A DNA stretch of 64,000 nt from the human T2T-CHM13v2.0 reference genome, Homo sapiens, in assembly GCF_009914755.1 (NCBI RefSeq), contig NC_060931.1; one strand, given 5' to 3'. A model generated the notes under the pieces. The model worked only from the letters and a program-made list of their open reading frames with translations. It was not told the DNA's origin and did not search any database. Both the position numbers and the translations under genes were made by a program. Position 1 is the first letter of the stretch. Each line of letters starts with the position of its first letter. This document shows, piece by piece, positions 40,005 through 57,172 of the stretch.

Positions 40005-43000
40005 TACATGTTATTTCCTTTCCTGTAAGAGAAAAATGATGAGAAGGTCTTTTCTCCAATAAGTGTATTCAAAATGTAGCAGACTTGAAATGTGTTGGCG
40101 CCACCATTTTGCGTCTCACTTTGAAAACTTATTATTAAAAATCGTACTAAAGCCTTACTTTTCCAACCTTAGAAAAAAATGTTACAAAGAAAAGGAGTGA
40201 AACCATGCTAGTTTGCCCTGAAATTTGAAATTATCTTGTAAAAATATATTTTTACATTAATTGCTTCCAAAATAGAGATCAGTTGCATACAAATGGCAGG
40301 TCACCCTAATCCACCCTATGACTGCACTTAGATTCATGAGGAATTGTGCCATCTAGAAAGGACAGAGAAGAGGAATAGAGTGCTCTGCGTCTTGAAATAT
40401 AAACATGCACATAGCCACATGCTTTGATTCTGTTATCACTGTGTACTTACTGCTAGGAAGAGGGCATGTTTGTGTATTTTTATGCTAATTATTATGCAAG
40501 TTGTTAAGGATTTAGGCTTTCAGAACCATATAAAGGTTTTTTCCTTTCAGATATAAACTATCTTGCATTGTTCTTCTGATCATATGAGGGATAAATTTGC
40601 CTAAATATTCTTCAGACCATAATGTTATGTCCATATAAATGCCAGTAGCAAGAGTAGAATCAACCACAGCTGCCTTTGTAATTATTAAAAGCATGTGTGC
40701 CTATAAGTAATTGGCATTTTATATAATCAAGAATCTTTGATATAATAATCTCTCAACTATTTGAAACATGGCTCACATATATTAATTTTATATGCAAATA
40801 TATGTATAATATCATTGTATATGAAACTAAATTTTGGACTGTAGAACAGCTTCTTAGAATCTTGACTTAAATGTCCACAGTAATATTTGACTGAAAAAAA
40901 TTTAGCACACTGTCACTATGATGAAAAAATTACTATAAAATTATTTTAAAAATTTTCCACCCTAACGTTTAGAACATTCTCACATTTGTGGTTAAAACCT
41001 ATTGTGATTGTTCCTAGAATTTAGATAAAAAATGTTCCAGAAAGTTTGAAGAGAAGCACTTTAGTCAATTTGTATTTGTTCAAGCATGAAGAAATGGCAT
41101 TTCATTGACATTTTAAAAACTATTCAGATTCCCTCTTTGAATTCAAGTGTTTCAAAGATATCTTATTTTTAAATACCAAAATAGGAATAGAATATGAAGG
41201 GCTGGTTATGAGTAATATGGTACACTTTTATGAGAGGATGAGATTACAATAACAATACCTCCTCTCATAGAATAACCAGCAAGTCTCCACTAAATAACAG
41301 TGCCTTGATTTTATAGATGTTTAATCTTGGATATTGAGTTAATGTGAACCATTTGTAGACACAGGAGTTTATTAAAGAGTTATATAATATCTTTCAAGTA
41401 TTTAGAATAGTGTTGAAATTAAGCCTGCATCCCCACGATTTTCAGCGGTGCTGATGCCTAATAAACTCAACCCCTTGCATGCCAAAATTGGCTTAAAGCC
41501 CACCCGTTACCCAAGCTACACTTCAAGCATCAAGGCTCAAAAATGTAATTTTAAATATGCAAGAGTTTGAGGAATTCACTACTCACACTTTCTTGAACAG
41601 TCTATCCAAGTGCATCAAGCAAAATGTGAGTAAAGAAATTTTGACCAAAGGATTGATAGTAATGTTGAATACTTTTAATAGTAGATCTAAGATTAAAAGG
41701 TGAGAGTGAGGGTGAGAAGAGTGTATGAATGCTTTGTGTTCTGACAAAGAGAATGTAGCACCCATGTCCTACGTGCTCGGTTGCATTGCCAGTGCCCACG
41801 GTAGGCTATTTTATCCCAGTTTTTAGTTTTTTTTGTTTTGTTTTGTTTTTTTCTTTTCAGGAGAATTAGTCCAAGACCAATAACTCCATAACTGGTAGAA
41901 TTGGAAGACTTCAATAGTGCTTAACATTTTGTACATAGCTTTATAACAGTTTTCTTTTTCTTTTTTTCTGAGAGATTCTTTTCAATATACCCAATCATGG
42001 TCGAACTCAAAGTCATTGCTTATTTAAAATCTACAACTGCTGACGTTTTGTATCCTTCACATTCCAGGTAATTGGTTTTTTTGTGCATTTTCTGTATTTT
42101 TCTCCATCAATCTGCCTAGATATTTGTTAGATTTAATATTTTAATATTTTTCTGAAAAAGTGACCTTTTGCAGTTTTAAACATATACTCAGTTGTTTTAA
42201 TTCTGCTTTTTCATGTACTATTTCCTCGTTTTTTTTTTTTGGTTTTTTTTTTTGATACTATGTGGGAAGCCAAGTAATTTAAAGGAAACTTGGATAGTAA
42301 GGACTCAGAGGAACGGAAGTTAGTTGGCTGATTCAGATGTTTGGTGGCATAAGACTCTGTTAGTAATCTAGGCAAGCAGTAATGACAGCATCAAGGGAGT
42401 GAGGATGGACTGATAGTGTAGAATTTAAGATATAAGGTAGAATTTGCTTCCTTAATGAGTTCAGGTTTGCGTGTGTTGGGTACAAAAGTTTGATGGGACA
42501 TCCGTGAAGAGAATTCCAGCCATAAGTAGTTATAAAGGTCTGGAGATCAGGAGAAATCAGAGCTAAGGGTAGGTATTCGGAGCCATCAGTATTTAGGGAG
42601 TATGGGGCTACCCAGAAAGAGTGAGTGGATTGAAACAGAGGCCAATGATTTCAGACCAAGGTAAACAGAAGTGTGCGCTTTGATTTTTACAGGGGGAGGA
42701 AAAACCCATAATTGGTGTTTGAGCCTGTGAGAACAGTACTGTGGGCTCCCAGCATGCTTTGCTGGGTTTGATCTGTTCTAGATGTTTTTATGCCGTCAGT
42801 CTGTGATTCTCCTTCCAGATGTGGGGTAGAGTGCATAGTCAGAATATAGCCAGAGCAGCTGACAGAGGTCAAGATTCATTTTTAAGCAAAGATTCAAGAA
42901 GTTAAAACCACACACAAGTGTTTTACTGGGCATCCTTATCCAACTACCCTATATCTTCACTTTGAAAATAGTTTAAACATTGCCTGAGAGGACACAGAAC

Positions 43001-43857
43001 TAATAGACTTTTGGAATTCTTCTTTGCAGGCCTGTAAATTACTCTCTGATGACTATGAACAAGTGCGCAGTGCTGCAGTCTAGCTTATCTGGGTTGTCAG
43101 TCAGCTCTATCCTGAAAGGTCAGTGCGGGTGTAAGCTGGCTTTTGTTGATTGTGAAGCCGTTTTCCTCTCCTCTCACCATGCAAAAAGCCCACTTCTAGA
43201 AAAGAAATGTTGGTTAGATTTTTGGAAGGCAATGGGGAGTAAGGGAAAAGCACAGGCCCTGAAAATCAGATTGCCTGGTCCTCATTTTTCATCTCTGATA
43301 GGAACTTTCTGTACACCTTCGGAAAGACACTTCTTTTGTCCTAATCTTCTCATCCATAAGTGAAGAAATTGGAATATCTTTCTTAAATGGTTTTCAGTAC
43401 TTTACAATAAAATCTTTAAAATTGTTTGGGACCCATTTTAGTTTGGCTTGCGCCAAATGCCAGACAAAGATACCAGATGAGTTTGAGAATAATGATCTCT
43501 TATGTAGTTTTCCTGGTTAAAAATATTTTCACAGCAATTAAGTTAACCACAGTGATTCTTTGAGGAGGTAGGCAATATTATTTATTATATTTTGTAAGAT
43601 AGAATATTACATTTATAAATATTTATCTTTTATTTATAAATATTTATAGAATATTTTATTTTTCCTTGTATAGGAAAAAGAGGTGTTTTTTCCTCTTCAT
43701 TAAACTGCCAAAATTTGAAAACCAGAATGGATTAATAAACCTGTAGGAGTAGGCTCCATTTGTAGTAGACTCCATTTTAGGACTTAGACACATACAAAGA
43801 AAAGGGCTAAGTGGAAATTGTCTCTTCTTTTAGGACTGGATTGATAAGTAAGTTTTA

Positions 43858-44203
<346 letters not shown>

Positions 44204-44305
44204 ATTTCAGTTACAGAAGATAATAAACTTAAGGATATGAAATATTCGGTGGAAGCTAGTTTTTGATAATTTCATAAATCTTTGAACCTTTGGTGGGTTA
44301 CGTAC

Positions 44306-44585
44306 TTTTTTTTTTTAAGGCAGGGTCTTGCTCTGTGGCCCAGGCTGCAGTGCAGTGATGTGATCTCGGCTTACTGCAACCTCCAACTCCTGGGTTGAAG
44401 CAATTCTCATGCCTGAGCCTCCCAAATAGCCGGAATTACAGTTGTGCCCCACCACACCCAGCTCATTTTTTGTATTTTTAGTAGAGATGAGGTTTTGCCA
44501 TGTTGGGTAGGCTAGTCTTGAACCCCTGGCTTCAGGTAATCTGCCCACCTCAGTATCTCAGTGTGCTGGGATTACACGCCTGGCT
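44306..44585 (-). mobile_element. Alu (J/S) element
   Basis: Antisense dimer flanked by gaacctttggtg(g/a)gttac direct repeats. Confidence 0.93.
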
Positions 44586-44633
44586 GAACCTTTGGTGAGT
44601 TACACACTTTTATTCAATACATTGAAAATTTGC

Positions 44634-44923
44634 ACCTGATTGCAGTGGCTCAGCCCTGTAATCCTAGCACTTTGGGAGGCTGAGGCGGGCGGATTGCTTG
44701 ATCTCAGGAGTTTGAGATCAACCTGGGCAACATGGTGAACCGTCTCTACTAAAAATATAAAAAATTAGCTGGGTGTGGTGGCATGCTTTTGTAGTCCCAG
44801 CTACTCAGAAGAGTGAACTGGGAGGATCACCTGAGCCCAGGAAGTTGACACTGCGGTGAGCAGTGCTCATGCCACTGCACTCCAGCCTGGGTGACAGAAG
44901 TGAGACCCTGTCTCAAAAAAAAA
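44634..44923 (+). mobile_element. AluJ element
   Basis: Diverged dimer with A-tail. Confidence 0.93.
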
Positions 44924-44972
44924 GCATAATTTGCAATGCAACTGAAAGAGTTGGTTTGTACTCCTAGAGTGA

Positions 44973-45710
<738 letters not shown>

Positions 45711-45774
45711 TGAATCTGCAGACTTAGGTTCATGTTTTGTTCTAAGTGATTTCATTTCTTTTCTTTTAATTTAG

Positions 45775-45895
45775 CATTGTCCCAATTCCTTCTTCTAATG
45801 AAGAAATACGCTTAGTTGATGATGCGTTTGGAAAAATTTGTCACATGGTCAGTGATGGCTCTTGGGTGGTTCATGTTCAGGCAGCAAAACTGTTG
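45775..45895 (+). pseudogene. INTS4: INTS4-derived exon A (IVPIPSSNEEIRLVDDAFGKICHMVSDGSWVVHVQAAKLL)
   Basis: Acceptor ttttaatttag| and donor |gtaagt; 121 nt (phase 2 in, phase 0 out); matches the recalled INTS4 HEAT-repeat region. Confidence 0.92.
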
Positions 45896-45939
45896 GTAAG
45901 TTATACTTTTTATGTATGTATGAATGCATGTATATATTT

Positions 45940-46380
45940 ATTTGTTTTCTTTTCTGTAGAAATGAGGCCTGTGTGGCCCAGGTTGGTCTCAAACTCTTGG
46001 CCTCAAGCAGTCCTCCTGCCTCAGCCTCCCAAAAGACTGGGATTATAGGCTGGGTGCGGTGACTCACACCTGTAATTCCAGCACTTTGGGAGGCGAAGGC
46101 GGGTGGATCACGAGGTCAGGAGATTGAGACCATCCTGGCCAACATGGTAAAACCCCGTCTCTACTAAAAATACAAAAATTAGCTGGGGCATGGTGGCGCA
46201 CGCCTGTAATCCCAGCTACTTGGGAGGCTGAGGCAGGAGAATCGCTTGAACCCGGAGGTGGAAGTTGCAGCGAGCCAAGATCACGCTGCTGGACTCCGGC
46301 CTGGTGACAAGGAGGAGACTCTCATCTTAAAAAAAAAAAAAAAGGCTGGGATTATAGATGTGAGCCACTACACCCAGCCA
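45940..46380. mobile_element. Sense AluS (46048-46343) nested inside an antisense Alu monomer
   Basis: TSD aaag(a/g)ctgggattata at 46032-46047 and 46341-46356 splits the host element. Confidence 0.92.
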
Positions 46381-46470
46381 ATAATCCTTTTTTTAAATGA
46401 ACACATTGCTTGTTAAGTTTTTACAAACATTTTGAGAAACTACAGATGGGGCAGTGTGACCTGAATTTAA

Positions 46471-46782
<312 letters not shown>

Positions 46783-46964
46783 CCAGAATTTCTTAATATA
46801 GAAAGAAATAGTTCACTCTCCTGTTCACTTTTAGAACTAGAAAGAATCTTAAAACATAATTCTATTAACCCTACTAGGAATTAAGATAGCCGGAGCCTAG
46901 AGAAAAAGGAAAACAATAAAAAAAAAGTTTTTCCCATTTATTAAGCACTTGTTATGTCCTAGTT

Positions 46965-47297
46965 CAGGAGGCTCAAACCCCCAGGCTGTGGACCAGTCGT
47001 GGTCCATGGCTTGTTAGGAACCAGGCCACACAACAGGAGGTGAGTGGTAGATGAGCAAGTATTACTGCCTGAGTGCTGCCTGCTGTCAGATCAGCAGCTG
47101 CATTAGATTATCATAGGAGTGTGAACCCTATTGTGAACTGAGCATGTGTGGGATCTAGGTTTCATGCTCCTTGTGAGAGTCTAATTCCTGATGATCTGAG
47201 GTGGAACAGTTTCATCCTAAAACCACCCTGCTTCACCACCCTCTCTGGTTTCTTCCATGAAACTGAACCCAGATGCCAAAAAGGTGGGGGACCACTA
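46965..47297. mobile_element. MER1B-type hAT DNA transposon
   Basis: gttaggaaccaggccacacaacaggaggtgag..gtcagatcagcag..gaaccctattgtgaactg..gccaaaaaggtggggg. Confidence 0.85.
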
Positions 47298-47717
47298 TCT
47301 TAGATAATTTGAAGGAGGCCCCTTACATATATTTTCTCATTTTCTCTTTACAGTAATCCTGCAAGATAGATGCCATTATCCAGTTGGGGCATGGTGGCTC
47401 ATGCCCATAATCCTAGCACTTTAGGAGGCCGAGGTGGGTGGGTCACTTGAGCCCAGGAGTTCAAGACCAGCCTGGGCAACACACCAAGATCCCATCTCTA
47501 TTTTTCAAAAAATAAAATTTAAAAAAATTTTTTTTAAATGCTGTTATCATTTTCTAGATGAGAAAACTAAGGCTCTGAGGAATTAAGTAAGTTATCCAGC
47601 TTATACAGACAGAAAATTGTAGAGTGAGGTCAGATCCTGATCTTGCATCTTTTAGCCTGGTACTTTTCTGTTTTCTTTTTGAGGACTCAGCACATTTATT
47701 GAAAATTTTTAACTTTT

Positions 47718-48266
<549 letters not shown>

Positions 48267-49767
48267 TTAACTTTTAAGGGATAAAATTGTTTTGTAATAG
48301 AGTGTTGGCCTAATAGCCTTATTTTATATCTGTGTTACCTTGTATATGTCACTTGATATTAGTCTCAGTTTCCTCATCTGTTAAGTGGGGTTCTAATATC
48401 TCTCATATTTACCTGACAGTGTTGTCATGATGCTCAAATGAGATACAGTCTATGAAAATGTTTATAAACTAAAAAGTACTATACTATGTAGGGTGGATGG
48501 GGGCATAGTATATAACTATATGTGTGTGTAAGTATCTATAAAAATTTGTATACGTGTCACAGCAGGAAAATCTGTGATTCTTTTTGGACACTTCCCCTTT
48601 GAGTGCCCCCAGCCCTGCCACTCTTGGTGAGACTGTTGGCTGAATGCTTTGTTTCTGACTGTACTGGACACTGATCCAGTGATAGCTTTAGTCCTGTGAC
48701 CAGTATTTATGGGAGTACTTGCTGAAACCTGTGTGAAGCATTTTCATGAGATATAGTAATGGATGATTGGAGTATTTCCACTCTTGTGCATATTAGAGTT
48801 AAACAAGCCAGCTGTTACTGATTTTATTTCTGAATTCATATTTTAAAACTTTCTTTTGGGTTATGAATGTTTTAAAATTCAGAACAGTCTAATCATTCAT
48901 CAGATCCTTTCATTTGGCATTTACAGAGGATCTACAACGAACTCTAGGTGGGAGTGGGGAAGAGAAAGATGTTTTAGAGGAGTAAATTAATGATATATCT
49001 TTACCTGAATAGGCAGTTTTAAAAAGTAATCCTTAAAGTAAGAATCATTCAAAATTTTCAGTTTTGTACTCTATAGGATCTGAAATTTATTTGCATAAAG
49101 TTGTATGTATAACATATGGTACATTGAAAGGATTTCTACTTGAATGACTCTAACTTGAGTCACATGCCTTGTGTTATAATTCCATGTTAAATCCAAACAG
49201 CTTCAAATTATATAAGTAATTATGTTTGTATTCAGAAATAATAATCATTCTTACCTTGCTGATAATAATAATTACTACTATGTATAGAGTTCCTGGCCTA
49301 CTAAATGAGGCATTTTTAGTCATACATACACACATAAATACACACATATTCACATATAAATATTAACCCACTTCTTTATATACAAGCACACATGCCTAAC
49401 TCATTTGCATACTTTTGCAAGTAACTTTTAATCTTTTTAAACTCTCTGAGGTAAATGTATTACTTATAAATAACAAAATTAAAATTTAGGAATGTGGTAT
49501 AATTTTTCTGAGACCACACAGATAGTAAATGATAGATGAGGACTTCAAACTTCATAATCTAAAGCCCATGTATAATCCTTTCCTGGTGAGTATCCAGTTA
49601 CACATTGGGATTGGCCAGTTAAGGCCCTGCTGGTTTATTAGTATCTCTGTGCAAGCTAAGAGGTAAAGCTGCCCTACTCCAGCTCTCCAGTAGATGAACC
49701 TGTGATCAAGTGATTTGTGTATAATCTTTCATTAAAAATTAATTAATTTTTAAAAATTGACACATTG

Positions 49768-51137
<1,370 letters not shown>

Positions 51138-51485
51138 AAAAATTGACACATTGTATATATGGGGCACAAGTTGATGTTTTGATACACATCTATGTTGAAT
51201 ATTAATCCAATCAGGATAGTTAGTATAGTTATCACATCATATATTTATCATTTCTTTGTCATGAACTTTCAACAGCCTCTCTTACAGCTATAATATTGTA
51301 TATTTTGTAATATACAATATTTTCCTGTTAATCATAGTCACCTTTATGTGCAGTTGAACACCAGAATTTATTTCTCTTAATTGTGACTTTGTATCTGTTG
51401 TCCAGTCTCTTCCCATTCTCTCCTACTCCCTCCCCTCCCCAGTGTCTGCTAACCACTGTTATACTCTCTGCCTCTATGATATCAA

Positions 51486-52637
51486 TTTTTTTCTGAATAC
51501 TTTAAGTTCTGGGATACATGTGCAGAACGTGCAGGTTTGTGACATAGGTATACATGTGCCATGGTAGTTTGCTGCACCCGTCTACCTATCATCTACATTA
51601 GGTATTTCTCCTAATGCTGTCCCTCTCCGAGCCCCCCACCCTCTGACAGTCCCTGGTGTGTGATGTTTCCCTCCTTGTGTCCATGTGTTCACATTGTTCA
51701 ACTCTCACTTATAAGTGAGAACATATGGTATTTGGCTTTCTGTTCTTGTGTTAGTTTGCTGAGAGTGATGGTTTCCAGCTTCATCCATGTCCCTGCACAG
51801 AACATGAACTCATCCTTTTTTATGGCTGCATGGTATTCCATGGTGTATATGCGCCACATTTTCTTTGTCCAGTCTATCATTGATGGGCCTTTGGGTTGGT
51901 TCCAAGTCTTTGCTGTTGTGAACAGTGCTGCAATAAACATACGTGTGCATGTGTTTTTATAGTAGAATGATTTATAATCCTTTGGGTATATACCCAGTAA
52001 TGGGATTCCTGGGTCAAATGGTATTTCTGGTTCTAGATCCTTGAGGAATCGCCATGCTGTCTTCCACAATGGCTGAACTAATTTACACTCCCACCAACAG
52101 TGTAAAAGTGTTCCTATTTCTCCACATCCTCTCCAGCACCTGTGGTTTTCTGTCTTTTTAATGATTGCCATTCTAACTGGTGTGAGATGGTATCTCATTG
52201 TGGTTTTGATTTGCATTTCTCTAATGACCAGTGATGATGAGCTTTCTTTCATATGTTTGTCGGTCGCATAAATGTCTTCTTTTAAGAAGTGTCTGTTCAT
52301 ATCCTTCACCCACTTTTTGATGGGGTTTTGTTGTTTTTTTTTTTTTTTGTAAATTTGTTTAAGTTCTTTTTAGATTCTGGATATTAGCTCTTTGTCAGAT
52401 GGATAGATTGCAAAAACTTTCTCCCATTCTGTAGGTTGCCTGTTCACTCTGATGATAGTTTCTTTTGCTGTGCAGAAGCTCTTTAGTTTAATTAGAACCT
52501 ATTTCTCAATTTTGGCTTCGTTGCCATTGCTTTTGGTGTTTTAGTCATGAAGTCTTTGCCCATGCCTATGTCCTGAATGGTATTGCCTAGGTTTTCTTCT
52601 AGGGTTTTTATGGTTTTAGGTCTTATGTTTAAGTCTT
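51486..52637 (-). mobile_element. L1PA (roughly PA7) 3' fragment nested in an older L1M 3' region
   Basis: ORF 51698-52309 encodes the ORF2 C-terminus; the antisense 3'UTR starts tactttaagttctgggatacatgtgcag. Confidence 0.93.
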
Positions 52638-53157
52638 AGATCATGCAGTATTTGTCTTTCCATGTCTGGCTTATTTCACTTTACATGATGTCCTCCAGGT
52701 TAATCGATGTGGCAAATTACAAGATTTTATTCTTTTTTTATTTTCTTTAAGTCAGGGTCTTGCTCTGTTGCCTAGGCTGGAGTGCGGTTCCACGATTGCA
52801 CAGTCATAGCTCACAGCAACCTCAAACTCCTGGGGACTCCAGCCTGGACAACAGCGAAACTGTCCCTAAAAAAAATTAAAAACCAGATTGTTCTTCTTTT
52901 TTGATGTAGCCATTTATTGCTGTATACTTATCTCTTAGAACTGCTTTTGTTGCATACCATAGGTTTTGGTATATGTTTTGATTCTTGCTTGTGAAGCGTG
53001 TTTCTTCTAGGCAATGTATACTTAGATTTTGTGTTTTAATCTATTCAACCAATGTATACCTTTTTTTTCTTTCTTTCTTTGAGACAGGGTGTCTCTCTGT
53101 TGCCCAGGCTGTAGTGTACCTTTTAATTGAAGAACTTAATCCATTTATATTCAAGAT

Positions 53158-53490
53158 TTTTTTCTACTTCTTCTTCTTCTTCTTCTTCTTTTTTTTTTTT
53201 TGTTTCTTTGAGACAGGGTCTCACTCCGTCACCTAGGCTGGAATGCACTGGTGTGATCTCAACTCACTGCAACCTTCACCTCCTGGGTTCAAGTGATTCT
53301 CGTGCCCCAACCTCCCCAGTACCGGGATTACAGGCATGTGCCACCATGCCCAACTAATTTTTTTGCATTTTTATTAGAGACGGGTTTTGCCATGTCGGCC
53401 ATGCTGGTCTCAAACTCCTGGCCTCAAGTGATTCGCTTGCCTTGGCCTCCCAAGGTGCTGGGATTACAGGCATGAGCCACCGTGTCCAGC
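53158..53490 (-). mobile_element. Alu (J/S) with a (TTC)n tail
   Basis: TSD tatattca(a/g)gatt. Confidence 0.93.
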
Positions 53491-53682
53491 TATATTCAGG
53501 ATTGTTATTGATAGATAAGGTCTTATTCCTGCCATTTTGTTAATTACTTTTTGGTGGTTTTGGAGATCCTTTGTTCTTGTCTTCCTTTCTTGTTGTTTAC
53601 CTCTGATTTAGTGGTTTTCTGTGGGGCCAAGCTTTGTTTTCATTCTCTTTCTTGTTTGTGTATCTGCTGTAACTTTTTTCTA

Positions 53683-53999
<317 letters not shown>

Positions 54000-55063
54000 G
54001 TCTTGCAGTTACAATAGAATGTTTTAAGCTGATAGCAACTCAACTTTGGTTACATAAAAGGACCCTAGGTTTTTTCCCTCCCCCTTCAATTTATATTTTT
54101 GTTGCCTTAATTTTCTTCTTCATCTGTTATGTGTTCCTTAGCTACTATTTGTAGCTGTTGTAGTTTTTGACCATTTTAAATTTAACCTTCATACTAGCAG
54201 ATTGAATATTTTATATGACATATTGTATCACTGGGGTTTGATCTGTTTGATTTATGAGTTTACCTTTACTGGTGAGTTTTATACTTTTGTGTGTTGTTAT
54301 GATAGTGATTATTGTCCTTTTGTTTCTAGTTGTAGCATTCAATACCTTGAATATATTAATTCTATCCCATTCTCTGCTGGTCTACAAGGTTTCTACTGAG
54401 AAATCTATTGATAGTAATGGAGATTCTCTTGACAATTTTCTCTTGCAGCTTTGAAAGTCTTACTCTTTGACTTTCGATAGTTTGATTATAATGCACCTTG
54501 GAGAGGATCTTTTTGGGTTGAATGTAATTGCGAACCTTTGAACTTCCTGAATCTGGATGTCCGTATTTCTCCCACTACTTGGCAAGTTTTCAGCTATCAT
54601 TTCATCAAATAGGTTTTCTGCGCCTTTCTCTATCTCTTCTCCATCAGGCAATCTTCAATGCAAGTATTTGTTTGCCTATTGATGTCCCATATGTTCCAAG
54701 GCTTTCTTTTTTATTCTTATTTGTTTTTTTTTCCCTCTTAATGGGTTATTTCAAAAGACCTGTCTTCAAGGTCAGAAATTCTTTCTTCTGCTTGATCCTA
54801 GTCTATTGTTGAAGCTCTCAATTGTATACTATTTTTATTTTTTTCATTGAATTCTTCAGTTCCAAGATTTCTGTTTGGTTCTTTTTTATGATATTGATTT
54901 CTGTTGAATTGCTCATTCGGATCATGAATTGTTTTCCTGATTTCATTTAATTGTTTGTCTGTATTCTCTTGTATCTTACTGAGTTTCCTTTAGATCACTA
55001 TTTTGAATTCCTTTTCAGGCATTTTGTAAGTGTCCTTTTCTTTGGGGTCTGTCATTGGAGACT

Positions 55064-55365
55064 TTTTTCCTTTTTTTTTTTTTGAGACAGGGTCTTGCTC
55101 TGTCACCCAGGCTGAAGTGCAGTGGCATGATCTCAGCTCATTGCAACCTTCTCCTCCTGGGTTTAAGTGATCCTCCCACCTCAGCCTGCTGAGTAGCTAG
55201 GACTACAGGCGCATGCCACCACACCCGACTAATTTTTTTATATTTTGTAGAGACGGGTTTTGCCATGTTGCCCAGAATGGTCTTGAACTCCTGAGCTCAT
55301 GCTATCTGGCTGTCTTGGCCTCCCAAAGTGCTGGGATTACAGATGTGAGCCACTGCGCCCAGCCA
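55064..55365 (-). mobile_element. AluJ element
   Basis: Antisense dimer; ggagactt flanks both ends. Confidence 0.93.
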
Positions 55366-56909
55366 GGAGACTTAACCGTATTCCTTTGAGGGTGTCATGT
55401 TTCCTTGATTTTCATTTATCGTGTGCAAGATACTGGATGTTGATATGTGTGCATTTAGTAGCGTAGTTGCTCTTTTCAATTTTATTGAGTAGCTAGTATA
55501 TAGTAACAGTCTTTTTCTGTAGATGGTTTTAGGGTATTAGCTGGGTATGGTGTGTTGCCTTTGGTTCTGGGTGGACTCAATGGGTGGTGTAATAATCCTT
55601 GTCAGCTTCAGCTGTAATCTTCAGCTATAATCCTAGTCATTGATGTTTGCAATTGCCTCAGTTGCCTAGGCTGTGGGAGTTTGTGATGGCAATGCTATAA
55701 GATGAGGGTACCGAGCTGATTTTTGGCCAAGACATGTACAGGCTAAAATGGCTGCCAGGCTGTCTATCTGGTTTTCCAGGGAGGCGGTAGTTACTGCTGT
55801 GGTGGCTGTCGTGCTGGGCTCAGGCCTTTGCTGCAGCGGCCTGCTGGGCAGCTCTGTGGCTATGTAGGGAGATGGGGCTACTGCCTGGTTGGCTGTTGCT
55901 TTGGGCTAGGCTCAAATGCTTTTGTGCAGTGGGGCTGGGCAGTTTGGCAGCAGTCTATGGTAGGGGGCCAGGGCTACCACAGGACCAGTTGGACTGTGTG
56001 CTGTGGGACTGTGGGACTCTATTGTGGCCTGTTTTAGGGGACAGGACCACTGAATTGCCAGCTATCAGGCAGGGCGTGGGCAGGTGGTTCTGTGATGGGT
56101 TGTGAGGAAGTAGGGCTGCCGCAGGATTGGCTTTTTGGCTGAGTACTGGCGCATGCATACTTGGCAGCCCAGATGGTTGTATGGAACAGGGGTGTTGGGT
56201 AAAGCGCTGCCAGCTATCTATTTGATGGCTTCCTTGCTGTGCAGGTCTGCCTGTTTTCTGGGTGGTTGGTAGCGCTGTGTGGGGTCTGATGCTGAAATCA
56301 TCGTCACTCTGTTTGACCTAGACTCTATGTGGATGGGGTTATGGTGCTGCAGGCCATCGTGTGATCACGGTAGAATGATGGCTGGTTCTCAGGGATGAAG
56401 AGAGTCAGTTGCTACTGGTCCCCAGGGCAGGATGCACACTAGTAGTGAGTCTAGCTTCAACTTGGTGCCATGCTACAGCAGCTTAGGACAAGGTGGGCTC
56501 CCACTCTGAGGCAATACAGCTGAATGATCTCTTGGCTACTCTCCAGACTGGATTTGTGGCCACTGAGGACTTAAGGACTGTCCTTTATCAAGAATTGCTG
56601 GTGCCTGTGGCAGCAGTGGGGACCACTGATAGGTATCTCCAGCTTACTCTTTCCCTGTAAGAAGTTCCTCTGATTTTAAGCTGATTTTGGCAAGGGAGAC
56701 AATGTGGCAGGTAGGAAGCCTCACCCTGTGGTGCTATCCTGAGGCTTCCATGTTCCACAGGGATTTTGCCCTTTCTCTGGTGCTCTGCAGCATATATCTA
56801 CAGTCATTTTAGTTGAAATATAGTTATTTGTTATTTTGGTCTCTTTTTGTTGTGGGTGATGTGTGCCAGGTAACTCTGGTGAGCCATTTTTTTTAAACAA
56901 ATCTGCATA

Positions 56910-57172
56910 CAGATTGAGTATCCCCTATCCAAAATGCTTGAGACCAGAAGTGTTTTGGATTTTGTTTTGTTTTGTTTTGTTTTTGGATTTTGGAATATTT
57001 TATTTGTATTAGACTTACTTGTTGGGCATCCCAAATCTGAAATATGCTCCAAAATCCAAAATCTGAAGTGCTCCAGTGAACATTTCCTTTGAGCATCATG
57101 TTGGTACTCAAAAAGTTTTGGATTTTGGAGCATTTTGGATTTCAGATTTTTGGAATTGGGATGTTCAACCTG
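56910..57172. mobile_element. Tigger4a/MER46-type MITE
   Basis: Terminal inverted repeats TA|cagattgagtatccc ... gggatgttcaacctg|TA. Confidence 0.88.
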
